DNA of 63,455 nt, filler included, from Licmophora abbreviata (taxonomy: Eukaryota), in assembly GCA_900291995.1 (NCBI GenBank). It is 24 parts of 24 records of this genome, joined end to end, with 100 filler letters (N's around TTAATTAATTAA, not from the genome) between each part and the next. Parts side by side here need not be neighbours in the genome. Positions count along the whole stretch, not along the records: positions 43,951 to 47,519 come from OLMU01002757.1; positions 47,620 to 52,484 come from OLMU01002758.1; positions 52,585 to 53,977 come from OLMU01002759.1; positions 54,078 to 55,083 come from OLMU01002760.1; positions 55,184 to 57,465 come from OLMU01002761.1; 19 more parts are not named here. The stretch is one strand, 5' to 3'. The translations under genes and the position numbers were made by a program. Positions 44,957 through 56,054 of this stretch are shown here, in pieces (position 1 is the first letter of the stretch; the number at the start of each line of letters is the position of its first letter). Below the pieces are notes generated by a model. That model searched no databases and was not told where the DNA came from. It saw only the letters and a list, made by a program, of their open reading frames with translations.

Positions 44957-45355
44957 TCAGCCTGTCGCCTTCTCGCCCTCAAGCTGATCGGCCAGCGACT
45001 CTGTCCGCGCCGCGATCTCGGCCAGCATGTCGCTCAGCCCCGCAGGCACCACCGGCACCTCGACACGCTCGGCCTCGGGCGGCGGCGCATTGCGCAGCTG
45101 GTCCAGCTCGGCCTCCTTCTCGGCCATCCGGTCTTCCATCACGCGCAGCTTGTCCTGCAGCCCCGCCGTCTTGTCCGCCAGCATCAAGCCCGCCATCAAC
45201 AGCATGCGCGGCTCCGGGATGCGCCCGATCTGCGCGGTCAGCACCGAGGCTTCCTCGTCCAGCATCTTGGCGGCCGCGCGCAGGTAATGCTCTTCGCCAT
45301 CCTGACAGGCGACCTCGAAACTGCGGCCCCCGATCGTGATTTCCACTTCAGGCAT
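44957..45355 (-). CDS. zapA: Cell division protein ZapA
   Basis: ITIGGRSFEVACQDGEE...LLMAGLMLAD. Confidence 0.88.
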   Translation of the reverse strand: MPEVEITIGGRSFEVACQDGEEHYLRAAAKMLDEEASVLTAQIGRIPEPRMLLMAGLMLADKTAGLQDKLRVMEDRMAEKEAELDQLRNAPPPEAERVEVPVVPAGLSDMLAEIAARTESLADQLEGEKATG

Positions 45356-45852
45356 CAGGCTTCCTCCGTCCGGGTTTCGTCTTCGCCCTCGCTTGCCTCC
45401 AGAACCCGGCCCAGTTCGGACAGGATCACATCGGCCTCGGCGCGATCGGTGGCGCGGCTGGCGCGCAGCCCTTCAAGCTCGGCCAGCATCGCCTTGTTGA
45501 TGAGATGCGGATCGGCCACGCCCTGCGCATTGGCCTCGCGCAATGCCACGTTGTTGTCGCGCAATTGCTGGTTGGAATGACGCAGCGATTGCAGCTCCTT
45601 GTCGAGCTTTTCCAGCCGCGCAGCCGTGGCCTCTCGGGCCGTTTCGGCCTCGGCCTGCGCGGCCTCCTGCCGGGCCTTGAGCTTGCGCACACGCTCTTCC
45701 AGCTGGGCATTGGCCAGCCGCTCGTCCTCCAGCTGCTGCCTGAGGGCCGCCACGTCGCCTGCATCCCCCGCAGCCTCGCGCCCTTCGAGCCCCTGCCCGA
45801 TGCGATCCAGCGCCGCGACGATCCGGCGTTGAAGCTCCTCGATTTCGGTCAT
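45355..45852 (-). CDS. Coiled-coil protein upstream of zapA
   Basis: Heptad-rich MTEIEELQRRIVAALDRI; overlaps zapA start. Confidence 0.75.
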   Translation of the reverse strand: MTEIEELQRRIVAALDRIGQGLEGREAAGDAGDVAALRQQLEDERLANAQLEERVRKLKARQEAAQAEAETAREATAARLEKLDKELQSLRHSNQQLRDNNVALREANAQGVADPHLINKAMLAELEGLRASRATDRAEADVILSELGRVLEASEGEDETRTEEA

Positions 45853-46029
45853 TTCTTTGCCCCTTGCTCTGTTGCTTGCCCGGCCCCCCGAATCGCGGGC
45901 CGGTCGGACTGCACCCAAGTCTAGCGAAAGGTTCCATGAAATGCGCCCCCTTAGCGGCGATCCGGCGGGGTGTGCTTGATCTTTGACCCGGTCCTGTTAT
46001 TGAGCGCCCAAAGATAGCCAACTCAAAGG

Positions 46030-48084
46030 ATGCTCCCCTTGGATATCGCTGCCCTGCGTTCTGCTCACCCCGATCACTGGAAAAAAGCCGCCGCGATCCG
46101 CGCGCTGACCCTCGATGCGGTCCATGCCGCCAATTCCGGCCATTCCGGCATGCCCATGGGCATGGCCGATGTGGCGACGGTGCTCTTTGAAAAACACCTC
46201 AAGTTTCATGCCGCGTCGCCCGACTGGACGGATCGCGACCGCTTCATCCTGTCGGCGGGCCATGGCTCGATGCTGCTCTATGCGCTGCTGCACCTGACGG
46301 GCTATGCGGACATGACGCTGGACCAGATCCGCAACTTCCGCCAATGGGGCGCGATCACCGCAGGCCACCCCGAATACGGCCACGCCAAGGGCATCGAAAC
46401 CACGACCGGCCCCTTGGGTCAGGGCATTTCGAACGCCGTGGGCTTCGCCATGGCCGAGGAAATGCTGCGGGCCCGCTTCGGGCGCAAGCTGGTGGATCAT
46501 TACACCTATGTGATCGCCGGTGACGGCTGCCTGATGGAAGGCGTGAGCCACGAGGCGATCGGCCTCGCCGGCCGCCACGCGCTCTCCAAGCTGATAGTGT
46601 TCTGGGACAACAACAACATCACCATCGACGGCACCGTCGATCTGGCCGACCGCACCGATCAGGTGAAACGCTTCCGCGCCAGCGGCTGGCAGGTGCTGGA
46701 AATCGACGGCCACGACCCCGAGGCCATCGATGCCGCCATCACCACCGCGAAATCCTCGCGCAAGCCCACGATGATCGCCTGCAAGACCCATATCGCCTTG
46801 GGTCACGCCGCGCAGGACACCTCCAAGGGCCATGGCGCCCTGACCGACGCGGGCCAACTCGCCGCCGCCAAGGAAGCCTATGGCTGGCCCTACGGTCCGT
46901 TCGAAATCCCCGCCGATGTGAAATCCGCATGGGAGGCCATCGGCGCGCGCGGCGCCGCCGAGCATGACGCCTGGACCGCCCGTCTGGGCGAGGCGTCGCA
47001 AAGCCGCCAGAACGAGTTCGCCCGCATCTTCGCAGGCGAGGCGCCCAAGGCCCTCTCGGCACGCATCAAGGCGCTGAAAAAGCAGATCTCCGAAGAAAAA
47101 CCCAGTGTCGCCACCCGCAAATCCTCGGAAATGGTGCTCGAGGTCGTGAACCCGATCATGCCCGAGACCGTGGGCGGCTCGGCGGACCTGTCGGGTTCCA
47201 ACAACACCCGCTCCGGCGACATGAGCGTGTTCGACGTGGACAACCGCAAGGGCCGCTACGTGCATTGGGGCATCCGCGAACATGGCATGGCCGCCGCGAT
47301 GAACGGCATGGCGCTGCATGGCGGCATCCGCCCCTATGGCGGCACCTTCATGTGCTTCACCGACTACGCCCGCCCCGCCATGCGCCTTGCCGCGCTGATG
47401 AAGGTGCCGTCGGTCTTCGTGATGACCCATGACAGCATCGGTCTGGGCGAAGACGGCCCCACCCACCAGCCGGTCGAACACCTGGCGATCAGCCGCGCGA
47501 CCCCCAACACATGGGTGTTNNNNNNNNNNNNNNNNNNNNNNNNNNNNNNNNNNNNNNNNNNNNTTAATTAATTAANNNNNNNNNNNNNNNNNNNNNNNNN
47601 NNNNNNNNNNNNNNNNNNNGTCCTGTCGCTCACCCGGCAGAACGTGCCGACCCTGCGCACCGAGCACAAGACCGCCAACCTCACCGCGCGCGGCGCCTAT
47701 GTGCTGGCCGACGCCACGGGCAAGCGTCAGGCGCTTCTGATGGCGACCGGTTCGGAAGTGGCCATCGCCATGCAGGCCCGCGACCTGCTCGAGGCCGAGG
47801 GCATCGGCACCCGCGTCGTCTCCATGCCCTGCTGGGAGCTGTTCGAGGAACAGGACGAGGCCTATCGCAAGCGCGTCCTTCCCGGCGGCCCCGTGCGCGT
47901 CGCGGTCGAGGCGGCGATCCGCTTCGGCTGGGATCGCTGGCTTTACGGCGAGCGTGGCAAGCGCGAGAAATCGGGCTTCATCGGGATGCATGATTTCGGC
48001 GCCTCCGCCCCCGCCGAAGTGCTCTACGAGAAATTCGGCATCACCGCGCAGGCCGTGGCCGACAAGGTCAAATCCTTGCTCTGA
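46030..48084 (+). CDS. tkt: Transketolase, split by gap
   Basis: [33 protein letters not shown]. Confidence 0.97.
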
Positions 48085-48105
48085 TCGGGGTGACAGCTTC
48101 AGATC

Positions 48106-48138
48106 AAGGCCCGGGCGATCCCTCGTCCGGGCCTTTTT
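48106..48138 (+). terminator. Intrinsic terminator after tkt
   Basis: AAGGCCCGG...CCGGGCCTTTTT. Confidence 0.8.
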
Positions 48139-48190
48139 GCTGTCTCTGACACCCCTTTCGCCACCCTCCCGATCCCGCTACCGTCGCCAC

Positions 48191-48676
48191 ATGACCCAGC
48201 TTGTGATCGTCTATCATTCCCGCACCGGCGGCAGCCGCCAGATGGCCGAAGCCGCCTTTGACGCCGCCCGCCCCGAGACCGAAACCCGCCTTCTGACCGC
48301 GGATGAGGCGACGCCAGACGATCTTCTGGCCGCCAGCGGTTATCTCTTCTGCGCACCCGAAAACCTCGCCGCCCTGTCCGGCGCGATGAAAGAGTTTTTC
48401 GACCGCTGCTATTACCCGCTTCTGGGCCGGATCGAAGGGCGCGCTTACGCACAGATGATCTGCGCAGGCTCGGACGGCACCAACGCCGCCCGCCAACTGG
48501 CCCGCATCGCGACCGGCTGGCGCCTGCGCGCCGTGCAAGAGCCGCTCATCGTCGGCACCCACGCACAGACCCCCGAGGCGATCCTTGCCCCGAAAACCCT
48601 CTCTGACGCCGATCTCGCCCCCTGCCGCGATCTGGGTCAGGCGCTCGCCGCCGGTCTCGCCATGGGCGCGTTCTGA
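48191..48676 (+). CDS. Flavodoxin family protein
   Basis: IVYHSRTGGSRQMA; APENLAALSGAMKEFFD. Confidence 0.85.
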   Translation: MTQLVIVYHSRTGGSRQMAEAAFDAARPETETRLLTADEATPDDLLAASGYLFCAPENLAALSGAMKEFFDRCYYPLLGRIEGRAYAQMICAGSDGTNAARQLARIATGWRLRAVQEPLIVGTHAQTPEAILAPKTLSDADLAPCRDLGQALAAGLAMGAF

Positions 48677-48753
48677 TCCCGGCGCACCCGGCGCGACAAG
48701 ACCCCCAACCCGCTGCTAAGATCAGCGCGACTCATCTCACACGGGCAACCGCC

Positions 48754-49383
48754 ATGTATATCCCGCCTCATTTTCACGAAATCGACCCGTCCGAAATCGC
48801 GTCGATCATAGACGCGGCCCCCCTTGCCTCGATCGTAGCTCAGACCAGCGAAGGGCTGATCGCCAATCACATCCCCTTGCTGGCTGGTGCCAATGGCACG
48901 CTGATCGGACATGTGGCGCTGGCCAATGACATGCATCGCCTGATCCCCGATGGTCACGAGGTGATGACCATCTTTCGCGGCGATGACGCCTATATCTCGC
49001 CGAATTTCTATCCCACCAAGCCCCAGCACCACCGCCACGTCCCAACATGGAACTATCAGGTGGTCCATATCTACGGCGCGATCCACTTTCAGCACGACAC
49101 GCATGCCAAACGTGCGGCGGTCGGCCTTCTGACGCGCCTGCATGAACGCAGGCTCAACGGCGCCTCCGCATGGCGCATGGCCGACGCGCCCGCAGATTAC
49201 ATGGCGCAGATGCTCGACAGCATCGTCGCCTTCCGCATCGACGTGACCCGCACGCTTGCCAAATCCAAGCTCAGCCAGAACCGCGACGCGGTGGATTTCG
49301 AAGGCGCGATATCCGGCCTGCGCAGCGTCGGACAGGACGCAATCGCCGGGAAAATGGCCACCCGGCGCGCGCCATTTGACTGA
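48754..49383 (+). CDS. PaiB-like FMN-binding split-barrel protein
   Basis: MYIPPHF, GHVALAN, YISPNFYP, VPTWNY, KLSQNR. Confidence 0.88.
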   Translation: MYIPPHFHEIDPSEIASIIDAAPLASIVAQTSEGLIANHIPLLAGANGTLIGHVALANDMHRLIPDGHEVMTIFRGDDAYISPNFYPTKPQHHRHVPTWNYQVVHIYGAIHFQHDTHAKRAAVGLLTRLHERRLNGASAWRMADAPADYMAQMLDSIVAFRIDVTRTLAKSKLSQNRDAVDFEGAISGLRSVGQDAIAGKMATRRAPFD

Positions 49384-49395
49384 CCGTCCCTGCCC

Positions 49396-50357
49396 CTACC
49401 GCGCAGGCATCACCCGCGTCCAGACCGGTTTGATGATCTTCACGCCCACCGGGATCAAGGCCAACCCAAGCGCCAGCCCGAAGAGCCCGTCGATCCCCGC
49501 CGTCACCGCCCATTCCACGGCGCCGGCCCACTCTCCCGCACCTGCCGCCGCCGCGACCGCCACATGGTGCACCCAGTCATAAAGCGCGGAAACCCCATCT
49601 GATCCAGCGCGTGCAGAATGATCGACCCGCCAACCCACAGCATCGCCAGCGTGCCCACCAGCATCAAAAGCTTCATGAAGACCGGCATGGCCCGCACGAT
49701 CCCGCGCCCAAGCGCGCGTGTCAGCCCCAGACGGCCCCTTTGGGCCATGTAAAGCCCCACATCATCCGCCTTCACGATCAACGCGACAGCGCCGTAAACC
49801 AGCGCCGTGATCCCCACGGCCACCATCGCTAGCGTCGCGGCCTCCATCCAGAAATTGCTTTCGGGAATGGCCGCCAGCGCGATGGTCATGATCTCGGCCG
49901 ACAGGATGAAATCCGTCTTGATCGCGCCTGCGACCTTGGCCTCTTCCAGATGCGCGGCATCGCCCTCGGTATGGCTGCCATCCGGCCCGCCATGCCCCTT
50001 TCCGGCGCCTAGCGCATGGGCCACCTTTTCCGCGCCCTCGAAACACAGATACGCCCCACCCAGCATCAGAAGCGGCGGGATCAGCCACGGCGCAAACGCC
50101 GACAGCGCCAGACCGGCGGGCAACAAGAACACCAGCTTGTTGATGAGCGAGCCGCGCGCGATCCGCCAGACGATCGGCAACTCGCGGGCGGGCGCGAAAC
50201 CTTGCATGTATTTCGGCGTGACTGCCGCGTCGTCGATCACGGCACCCGCCGCTTTTGACCCGGCCTTGGCGGCCTGTCCCGCTACGTCATCGACCGACGC
50301 CGCCGCCATCTTGGCAATTCCGGCCACATCGTCCAGCAACGCCATCAAACCGCTCAT
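49396..50357 (-). CDS. DUF808 (YedI-like) membrane protein with frameshift near 49590
   Basis: DDAAVTPKY, TDFILSAEIM; hydrophobic C-terminus LYDWVHH...IIKPVW is in another frame. Confidence 0.8.
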
Positions 50358-50434
50358 ACCTGCCCCTCGCCCCTGCAGACCCTCTTGCCGGACGTTAGCG
50401 CAACCAATGCCGACCTGCCAGAGTTTGCGGTAAC

Positions 50435-50448
50435 AGTTATCGCTAACA
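50435..50448. promoter_or_regulatory. LacI-family (CceR/GapR-type) operator upstream of first gap
   Basis: AGTTATCGCTAACA, GTT-N6-AAC. Confidence 0.6.
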
Positions 50449-50556
50449 TATTGAATTCAGGTCTGTTTTCTCTGTGTTTTGACGTTTTTCGTCTTTCGGG
50501 CACCGCCCGCGCCGTCTATACCGCGCGCATCATCGTACAATCAGGAGCCACCCGTC

Positions 50557-51558
50557 ATGACCATCACAGTCGGCATCAACGGTTTCGGCCGCATCGGCCG
50601 CTGCACCCTGGCCCATATCGCGGCCAGCACCCGCAATGACATCAAGGTGGTCAAGGTGAACGCGACCGGCCCTCTGGAAACCGCGGCGCATCTGATGAAA
50701 TATGACAGCGTGCATGGCCGCTTCCCCGGCGAGATCACCCTCGGTGACAGCACGATGGATCTGGGCCGTGGCCCGATCGAGATGGTCTCCACCTATGACA
50801 TGAACAGCCTCGACTGGTCCGGCGTCGATGTGGTGATGGAATGCACCGGCAAGTTCAACGACGGCGCCAAGGCCCGCACGCATCTTGATCGTGGCGCCGG
50901 CAAGGTGCTGCTCTCAGCCCCCGGCAAGAACGTAGACCGCACCGTGGTCTACGGCGTGAACCACGCCGATCTGCAGCCCGGCGAGCGGATGATCTCGAAC
51001 GGGTCCTGCACCACCAACTGCCTGGCCCCCCTCGCCAAGGTGCTGCACGAGACCATCGGCATCGAGTCGGGCATCATGACCACGATCCACGCCTATACCG
51101 GCGACCAGCCCACGCTCGACCGCCGCCATGACGATCTCTACCGCGCGCGCGCCGCCGCCATGTCGATGATCCCCACCTCGACCGGCGCCGCCAAGGCCCT
51201 GGGCGAAGTGCTCCCCGACCTCAAGGGCAAGCTCGACGGCTCCGCGATCCGCGTGCCCACCCCCAATGTCTCGGCGGTGGACCTGACCTTCGTCGCCTGC
51301 AAAGACGTGACCGCCGCCGATGTGAACGCCGTCGTCGCCGAGGCCGCAGCCGGCCCGATGAAGGGCGTTCTGGGCTACGACCCCGAACCCAAGGTCAGCA
51401 TCGATTTCAACCACACCGAGGAAAGCTCGATCTTCGCCCCCGACCAGACCCGCGTCACCGGCAAGCGTCTGGTGCGGGTGCTGGCATGGTATGACAATGA
51501 ATGGGGCTTCTCGTGCCGCATGGCCGATGTCGCCGTCGCCATGGGGCGCCTCGCCTGA
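50557..51558 (+). CDS. gap: Type I glyceraldehyde-3-phosphate dehydrogenase, paralogue 1
   Basis: GINGFGRIGR, SNGSCTTNCL, WYDNEWGFS. Confidence 0.93.
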   Translation: MTITVGINGFGRIGRCTLAHIAASTRNDIKVVKVNATGPLETAAHLMKYDSVHGRFPGEITLGDSTMDLGRGPIEMVSTYDMNSLDWSGVDVVMECTGKFNDGAKARTHLDRGAGKVLLSAPGKNVDRTVVYGVNHADLQPGERMISNGSCTTNCLAPLAKVLHETIGIESGIMTTIHAYTGDQPTLDRRHDDLYRARAAAMSMIPTSTGAAKALGEVLPDLKGKLDGSAIRVPTPNVSAVDLTFVACKDVTAADVNAVVAEAAAGPMKGVLGYDPEPKVSIDFNHTEESSIFAPDQTRVTGKRLVRVLAWYDNEWGFSCRMADVAVAMGRLA

Positions 51559-51700
51559 GCCCACCTGTTGCCGAAAAGCGCTGGGTCGCATGCAAGCGGC
51601 CCGACCCTATTTGTTTTGCCTCCTCAACCGGGATGACTTGCCCCGCGCAATCTGTCATCACTCGGTCAGCGTATGATTGCCACAGGGACCGAACCACAGC

Positions 51701-51844
51701 ATGACCGACAGGATCGCCCTCTTTCTCGGTGTCATCGTCGCGGCCCTGCTGATCGCCGATTATGTCTATTTCGACTGGGCCAATACCCTGTTTCTGGCTC
51801 GCAAGATGCTGCTTCTGATCGAGTGGCTGGCCTTCTGGCGCTGA
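51701..51844 (+). CDS. 47-aa small membrane protein
   Basis: MTDRIALFLGVIVAALLIADYVYFDWANTLFLARKMLLLIEWLAFWR*; GC3-rich codons; missed by ORF track. Confidence 0.75.
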   Translation: MTDRIALFLGVIVAALLIADYVYFDWANTLFLARKMLLLIEWLAFWR

Positions 51845-51917
51845 CCTGAACCCTCACGACTCCATCATCGCACAGCTTGACCGCAAGGCAGGCTCTGACG
51901 TATACGATGCCCATCAA

Positions 51918-51931
51918 TGTTAGCGCTAACA
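51918..51931. promoter_or_regulatory. LacI-family (CceR/GapR-type) operator upstream of second gap
   Basis: Perfect palindrome TGTTAGCGCTAACA downstream of TTGACC...TATACG. Confidence 0.75.
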
Positions 51932-51948
51932 CTTCTCAGGAGGTCCTC

Positions 51949-52779
51949 ATGCCAGTCAAAGTCGCCATCAACGGATTTGGCCGCATCGGTCGCAACGTCC
52001 TGCGCGCCATCGTCGAATCCGGCCGCACCGATATCGAGGTGGTCGCGATCAACGATCTCGCCCCGGTCGACACCAACGCCCATCTGCTCGAATTCGATTC
52101 GGTCCATGGCCGCTTTCCCGGCACGGTCACCGTTTCGGGCGATACGATCGACGTGGGCCGTGGCCCGATCTCGGTCACAGCCCTGCGCGATCCCGCCGAT
52201 CTGCCATGGTCTGACGTCGATGTGGTGATGGAATGCACCGGGCTGTTCACTGACCGCGACAAGGCCGCCCTGCTCCTGCAGAACGGCGCGCGCTCGGTGC
52301 TGGTCTCGGCCCCGTCCAAGGGCGCGGACCGCACGGTGGTCTACGGCGTCAACCACGACAGCCTGCGCCCCGAGGACCGGATCGTGTCGAACGCCTCCTG
52401 CACCACCAATTGCCTCGCCCCCATGGCCAAGGCGCTGCATGACGCCATCGGCATCACCCGTGGTTTCATGACCACCATCCACAGNNNNNNNNNNNNNNNN
52501 NNNNNNNNNNNNNNNNNNNNNNNNNNNNTTAATTAATTAANNNNNNNNNNNNNNNNNNNNNNNNNNNNNNNNNNNNNNNNNNNNCACCCCGCCAGCTCGA
52601 TCTTCGCCACCGATCAGACGCGGGTGATGGACGGCACCATGTGCCGCGTGCTCAGCTGGTATGACAACGAATGGGGCTTTTCCAACCGCATGGCCGACAC
52701 CGCCGTGCGCATGGGCGCCCTGATCTCTGGCACAGGCTCCTCGGGCAACAGCAAGGCCAAATCACCCGAATACGCCTGA
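51949..52779 (+). CDS. gap: Type I glyceraldehyde-3-phosphate dehydrogenase, paralogue 2, split by gap
   Basis: AINGFGRIGR, AINDL, SNASCTTNCL, WYDNEWGFSNRM. Confidence 0.93.
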
Positions 52780-52790
52780 GCACTGCGCTC

Positions 52791-53282
52791 TCAGGCGAAT
52801 TTCGCCCGCAACCTCTCGCGGACCGGCGGCGTGACGAATTTGCTCACGTCGCCGTTCAGCCGGGCGATTTCCTTGACCAGCTTGCTGGCGATCGCCTGGT
52901 GGCTCGCATCGGCCATCAGGAACACCGTCTCGACCTTGTTGTCCAGCGCCCGGTTCATGCCGACCATCTGGAACTCGTATTCGAAATCCGCCACCGCCCG
53001 CAGGCCGCGCACGATCAATTGCGCCCCCACATCATTGGCGCAATCGATCAGCAGGTTCTCGAACGGATGCGCCACGATCTCGGTGCCGGTCTGCTCGGTC
53101 AGCTTGGCGCATTCCTCCTCGATCATCTCGACCCGCTCCTCGAGCGAGAAAAGAGGCCCCTTGTCGCGGTTGATCGCCACGCCGATGACCAGACGATCCA
53201 CCAGCATCGCCGCGCGGCGGATGATATCGAGATGCCCAAGCGTGATCGGATCGAACGTGCCGGGATAAAGGCCAATGCGCAT
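52791..53282 (-). CDS. coaD: Phosphopantetheine adenylyltransferase
   Basis: YPGTFDPITLGH, RGLRAVADFEYE. Confidence 0.96.
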   Translation of the reverse strand: MRIGLYPGTFDPITLGHLDIIRRAAMLVDRLVIGVAINRDKGPLFSLEERVEMIEEECAKLTEQTGTEIVAHPFENLLIDCANDVGAQLIVRGLRAVADFEYEFQMVGMNRALDNKVETVFLMADASHQAIASKLVKEIARLNGDVSKFVTPPVRERLRAKFA

Positions 53283-53427
53283 CGGGCGGCTCCCTGTGTC
53301 AGTCATTGCGCGTCACGCAACAATAATGCGCCCGGGAATGCAAGAGGCTCCGGCCAATCTCCGCGCCTCGACCGCTCCGAAACCACAGAGCATGCCCCGC
53401 GCAGCCATCAGCACAGGTCATCTGGCC

Positions 53428-53862
53428 TCAATAGCCCATGATCATGCCCTCAAGGGCATCCTTCTCCATCGACAATTCCTGCAGCCGTGCCTTGACCACG
53501 TCACCGATGGTGACAATGCCCACCAGCTTGCCATCGGTGACAACCGGCATGTGCCGGAACCGCCCCTCGGTCATGCGCGCCAACACCGAATCCGAACTGT
53601 CCTGCAACGCGCAGCACACCGGGTTCCGGGTCATCATCCCGTCCACCGTCTCGCTCAGGCAGACAGCCCCCTTCACGGCCAACGCCCGCACGATATCGCG
53701 CTCCGACAGGATGCCATCCGCCGTGTCGCCCTTCTTGCTTACCACAAGGCCACCGATCCGGCGCTCGGCCAGAATCTGCGCAGCCTCCGACACCAATGTG
53801 CCCGGCGTTACCGTGATGACGCCATCATCGCCCTTGGATCTCAGGATTTGCTGAACGAGCAT
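53428..53862 (-). CDS. CBS domain pair protein
   Basis: GILSERDIV, RFRHMPVV, GIVTIGDVVK. Confidence 0.9.
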   Translation of the reverse strand: MLVQQILRSKGDDGVITVTPGTLVSEAAQILAERRIGGLVVSKKGDTADGILSERDIVRALAVKGAVCLSETVDGMMTRNPVCCALQDSSDSVLARMTEGRFRHMPVVTDGKLVGIVTIGDVVKARLQELSMEKDALEGMIMGY

Positions 53863-53931
53863 GAACAGTCCTCCGCTCCGAATGCCCCTGACCTCAGCGT
53901 TGACGATAACCCCGCCCCTGTCAAGTTTCCC

Positions 53932-54443
53932 TCAAGTCTCGGCCTCCAGCCGCGCCACTTCCGCGCGCATCCCCTCGNNNNNNNNNNNNNNNNNNNNNNN
54001 NNNNNNNNNNNNNNNNNNNNNTTAATTAATTAANNNNNNNNNNNNNNNNNNNNNNNNNNNNNNNNNNNNNNNNNNNNCAGATCCGGGTTCTCCTCGGCGA
54101 TCCGGGCGCAGACCTGCGGCAACACGAAATTCGCGGCCCCGTCCGGCGCGCCGATGCGGATCTGCCCGGTCATCCCGCCCGACCGGCCCGCCATCTCCTC
54201 GGCCACGCCCTCCACGGCCTGCTCCACCCGCACCGCATGGCCCATCAGCCGCTGGCCCGCATCGCTCAGCGCATAGCCCGTGGGCGACTTGGCAAACAAC
54301 GGCGCGCCCAGATCGGTCTCAAGCCGCGCGATGCGCCGCCCCACCGTGGCCGGATCGACCTTGAGGATACGCCCCGCCCCCGACAGGCTCTCCGCCCGCG
54401 CCACCGCCAGAAAGATCTTCAGATCGTCCCATTGCACGTCCAT
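53932..54443 (-). CDS. LysR family regulator divergent from mmsA, split by gap
   Basis: WDDLKIFLAVARAESLSGA HTH; C-terminal piece EGMRAEVARLEAET*. Confidence 0.88.
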
Positions 54444-54548
54444 CCCCGCCCCCTTTGCATTTTTGCATGGTCTTTTTGGAATATTGCCTCTGTTACAAAT
54501 ATATATGCAAGGCTACCCTGCGCGCAAATCGTCATATCGGAGGACACC

Positions 54549-55976
54549 ATGAAGGAACTCACCCATTATATCGGCGGCGAGCACGTCAAAGGCACATCGG
54601 GCCGCTTTTCGGATGTCTTCAACCCCGCCACCGGCGAAGTGCAGTCGCGCTGCCCGCTGGCCTCGTCCGAGGAAATGAGCCGCGCGGTCGAGATCGCCGC
54701 CGCCGCACAGCCCGCATGGGCCGCCACCAACCCGCAGCGCCGTGCCCGCGTGATGATGGAATTCGTCCGCCTTCTGAACCGCGACATGGACAAGCTCGCC
54801 ATGGCGCTCAGCGCCGAACACGGCAAGACCTTCCCCGACGCCAAGGGCGACGTGCAGCGCGGCCTCGAAGTCGTCGAATACTGCATCGGCGCACCGCAGA
54901 TGCTCAAGGGCGAGTTCACCGACGGCGCCGGCCCCGGCATCGACATGTATTCCATGAAACAGCCCCTCGGCGTCACCGCCGGGATCACACCCTTCAACTT
55001 CCCCGCGATGATCCCGATGTGGATGTTCGCGCCCGCTCTGGCCTGCGGCAACGCCTTCATCCTCAAGCCGTCCGAGCGTGACCNNNNNNNNNNNNNNNNN
55101 NNNNNNNNNNNNNNNNNNNNNNNNNNNTTAATTAATTAANNNNNNNNNNNNNNNNNNNNNNNNNNNNNNNNNNNNNNNNNNNNGTGGCTGCGCGAACGGC
55201 AAGCGCGTGCAGTGCTCGGTGGCGCCAAGAACCACATGATCATCATGCCCGACGCCGATATGGATCAGGCCGCCGATGCCCTTGTCGGCGCCGGATACGG
55301 GGCTGCAGGCGAACGCTGCATGGCGATTTCCGTGGCCGTGCCCGTCGGCGACGAGACCGCCGACCGCCTGATCGAAAAGCTGGTGCCGCGCATCGAAAAG
55401 CTCAAAGTCGGCCCCTACACCGCCGGCGACGACGTGGATTACGGCCCCGTCGTCACCGCCGAGGCGAAAAAGAAGATCCTCGGGCTGGTGCAGTCGGGCA
55501 TCGATCAGGGCGCCGAGCTGGTGGTCGACGGCCGCGACTTCTCGCTTCAAGGCTATGAAGACGGCTTCTTCGTTGGCCCGCATCTCTTCGACAAGGTGAC
55601 CCCCGACATGGACATCTACACGCAAGAGATCTTCGGCCCCGTCCTGTCGACCGTGCGCGCCGCCTCTTACGAGGAAGCGCTCAAGCTGGCGATGGACCAT
55701 GAATACGGCAACGGCACCGCGATCTTCACCCGTGACGGCGACGCCGCGCGCGATTTTGCCGCGCGGATCAATATCGGCATGGTGGGCATCAACGTGCCGA
55801 TCCCGGTGCCGCTGGCCTATCACACTTTCGGCGGCTGGAAGAAATCCATGTTCGGCGACCTGAACCAGCATGGCCCCGACGCCTTCAAGTTCTACACCCG
55901 CACCAAGACGGTCACATCGCGCTGGCCCTCGGGCATCAAGGACGGCGGCGAATTCAACTTCAAACCGATGGAGTGA
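54549..55976 (+). CDS. mmsA: CoA-acylating methylmalonate-semialdehyde dehydrogenase, split by gap
   Basis: ITPFNFPAMIP, GAKNH, AAGERCMA, EIFGPV. Confidence 0.95.
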
Positions 55977-56004
55977 TCGGCCCCCGATCCCACCGAAACC
56001 CACG

Positions 56005-56033
56005 AAAAAGGCGCCGCAATCGCGGCGCCTTTT
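56005..56033. terminator. Bidirectional intrinsic terminator
   Basis: AAAAAGGCGCCGC-AATC-GCGGCGCCTTTT between convergent genes. Confidence 0.8.
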
Positions 56034-56054
56034 GCATTGTCCGATATGGCCCGC

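Noticed and set aside
49580..49600. Frameshift in DUF808 gene
   Set aside because: Single missing base at a GGGG/TTT run in an error-prone draft; pseudogene or recoding cannot be claimed without reads
55205..55222. Frameshift in mmsA (RVQC/FGGAKNH)
   Set aside because: About 30 bp from a contig start; likely sequencing error
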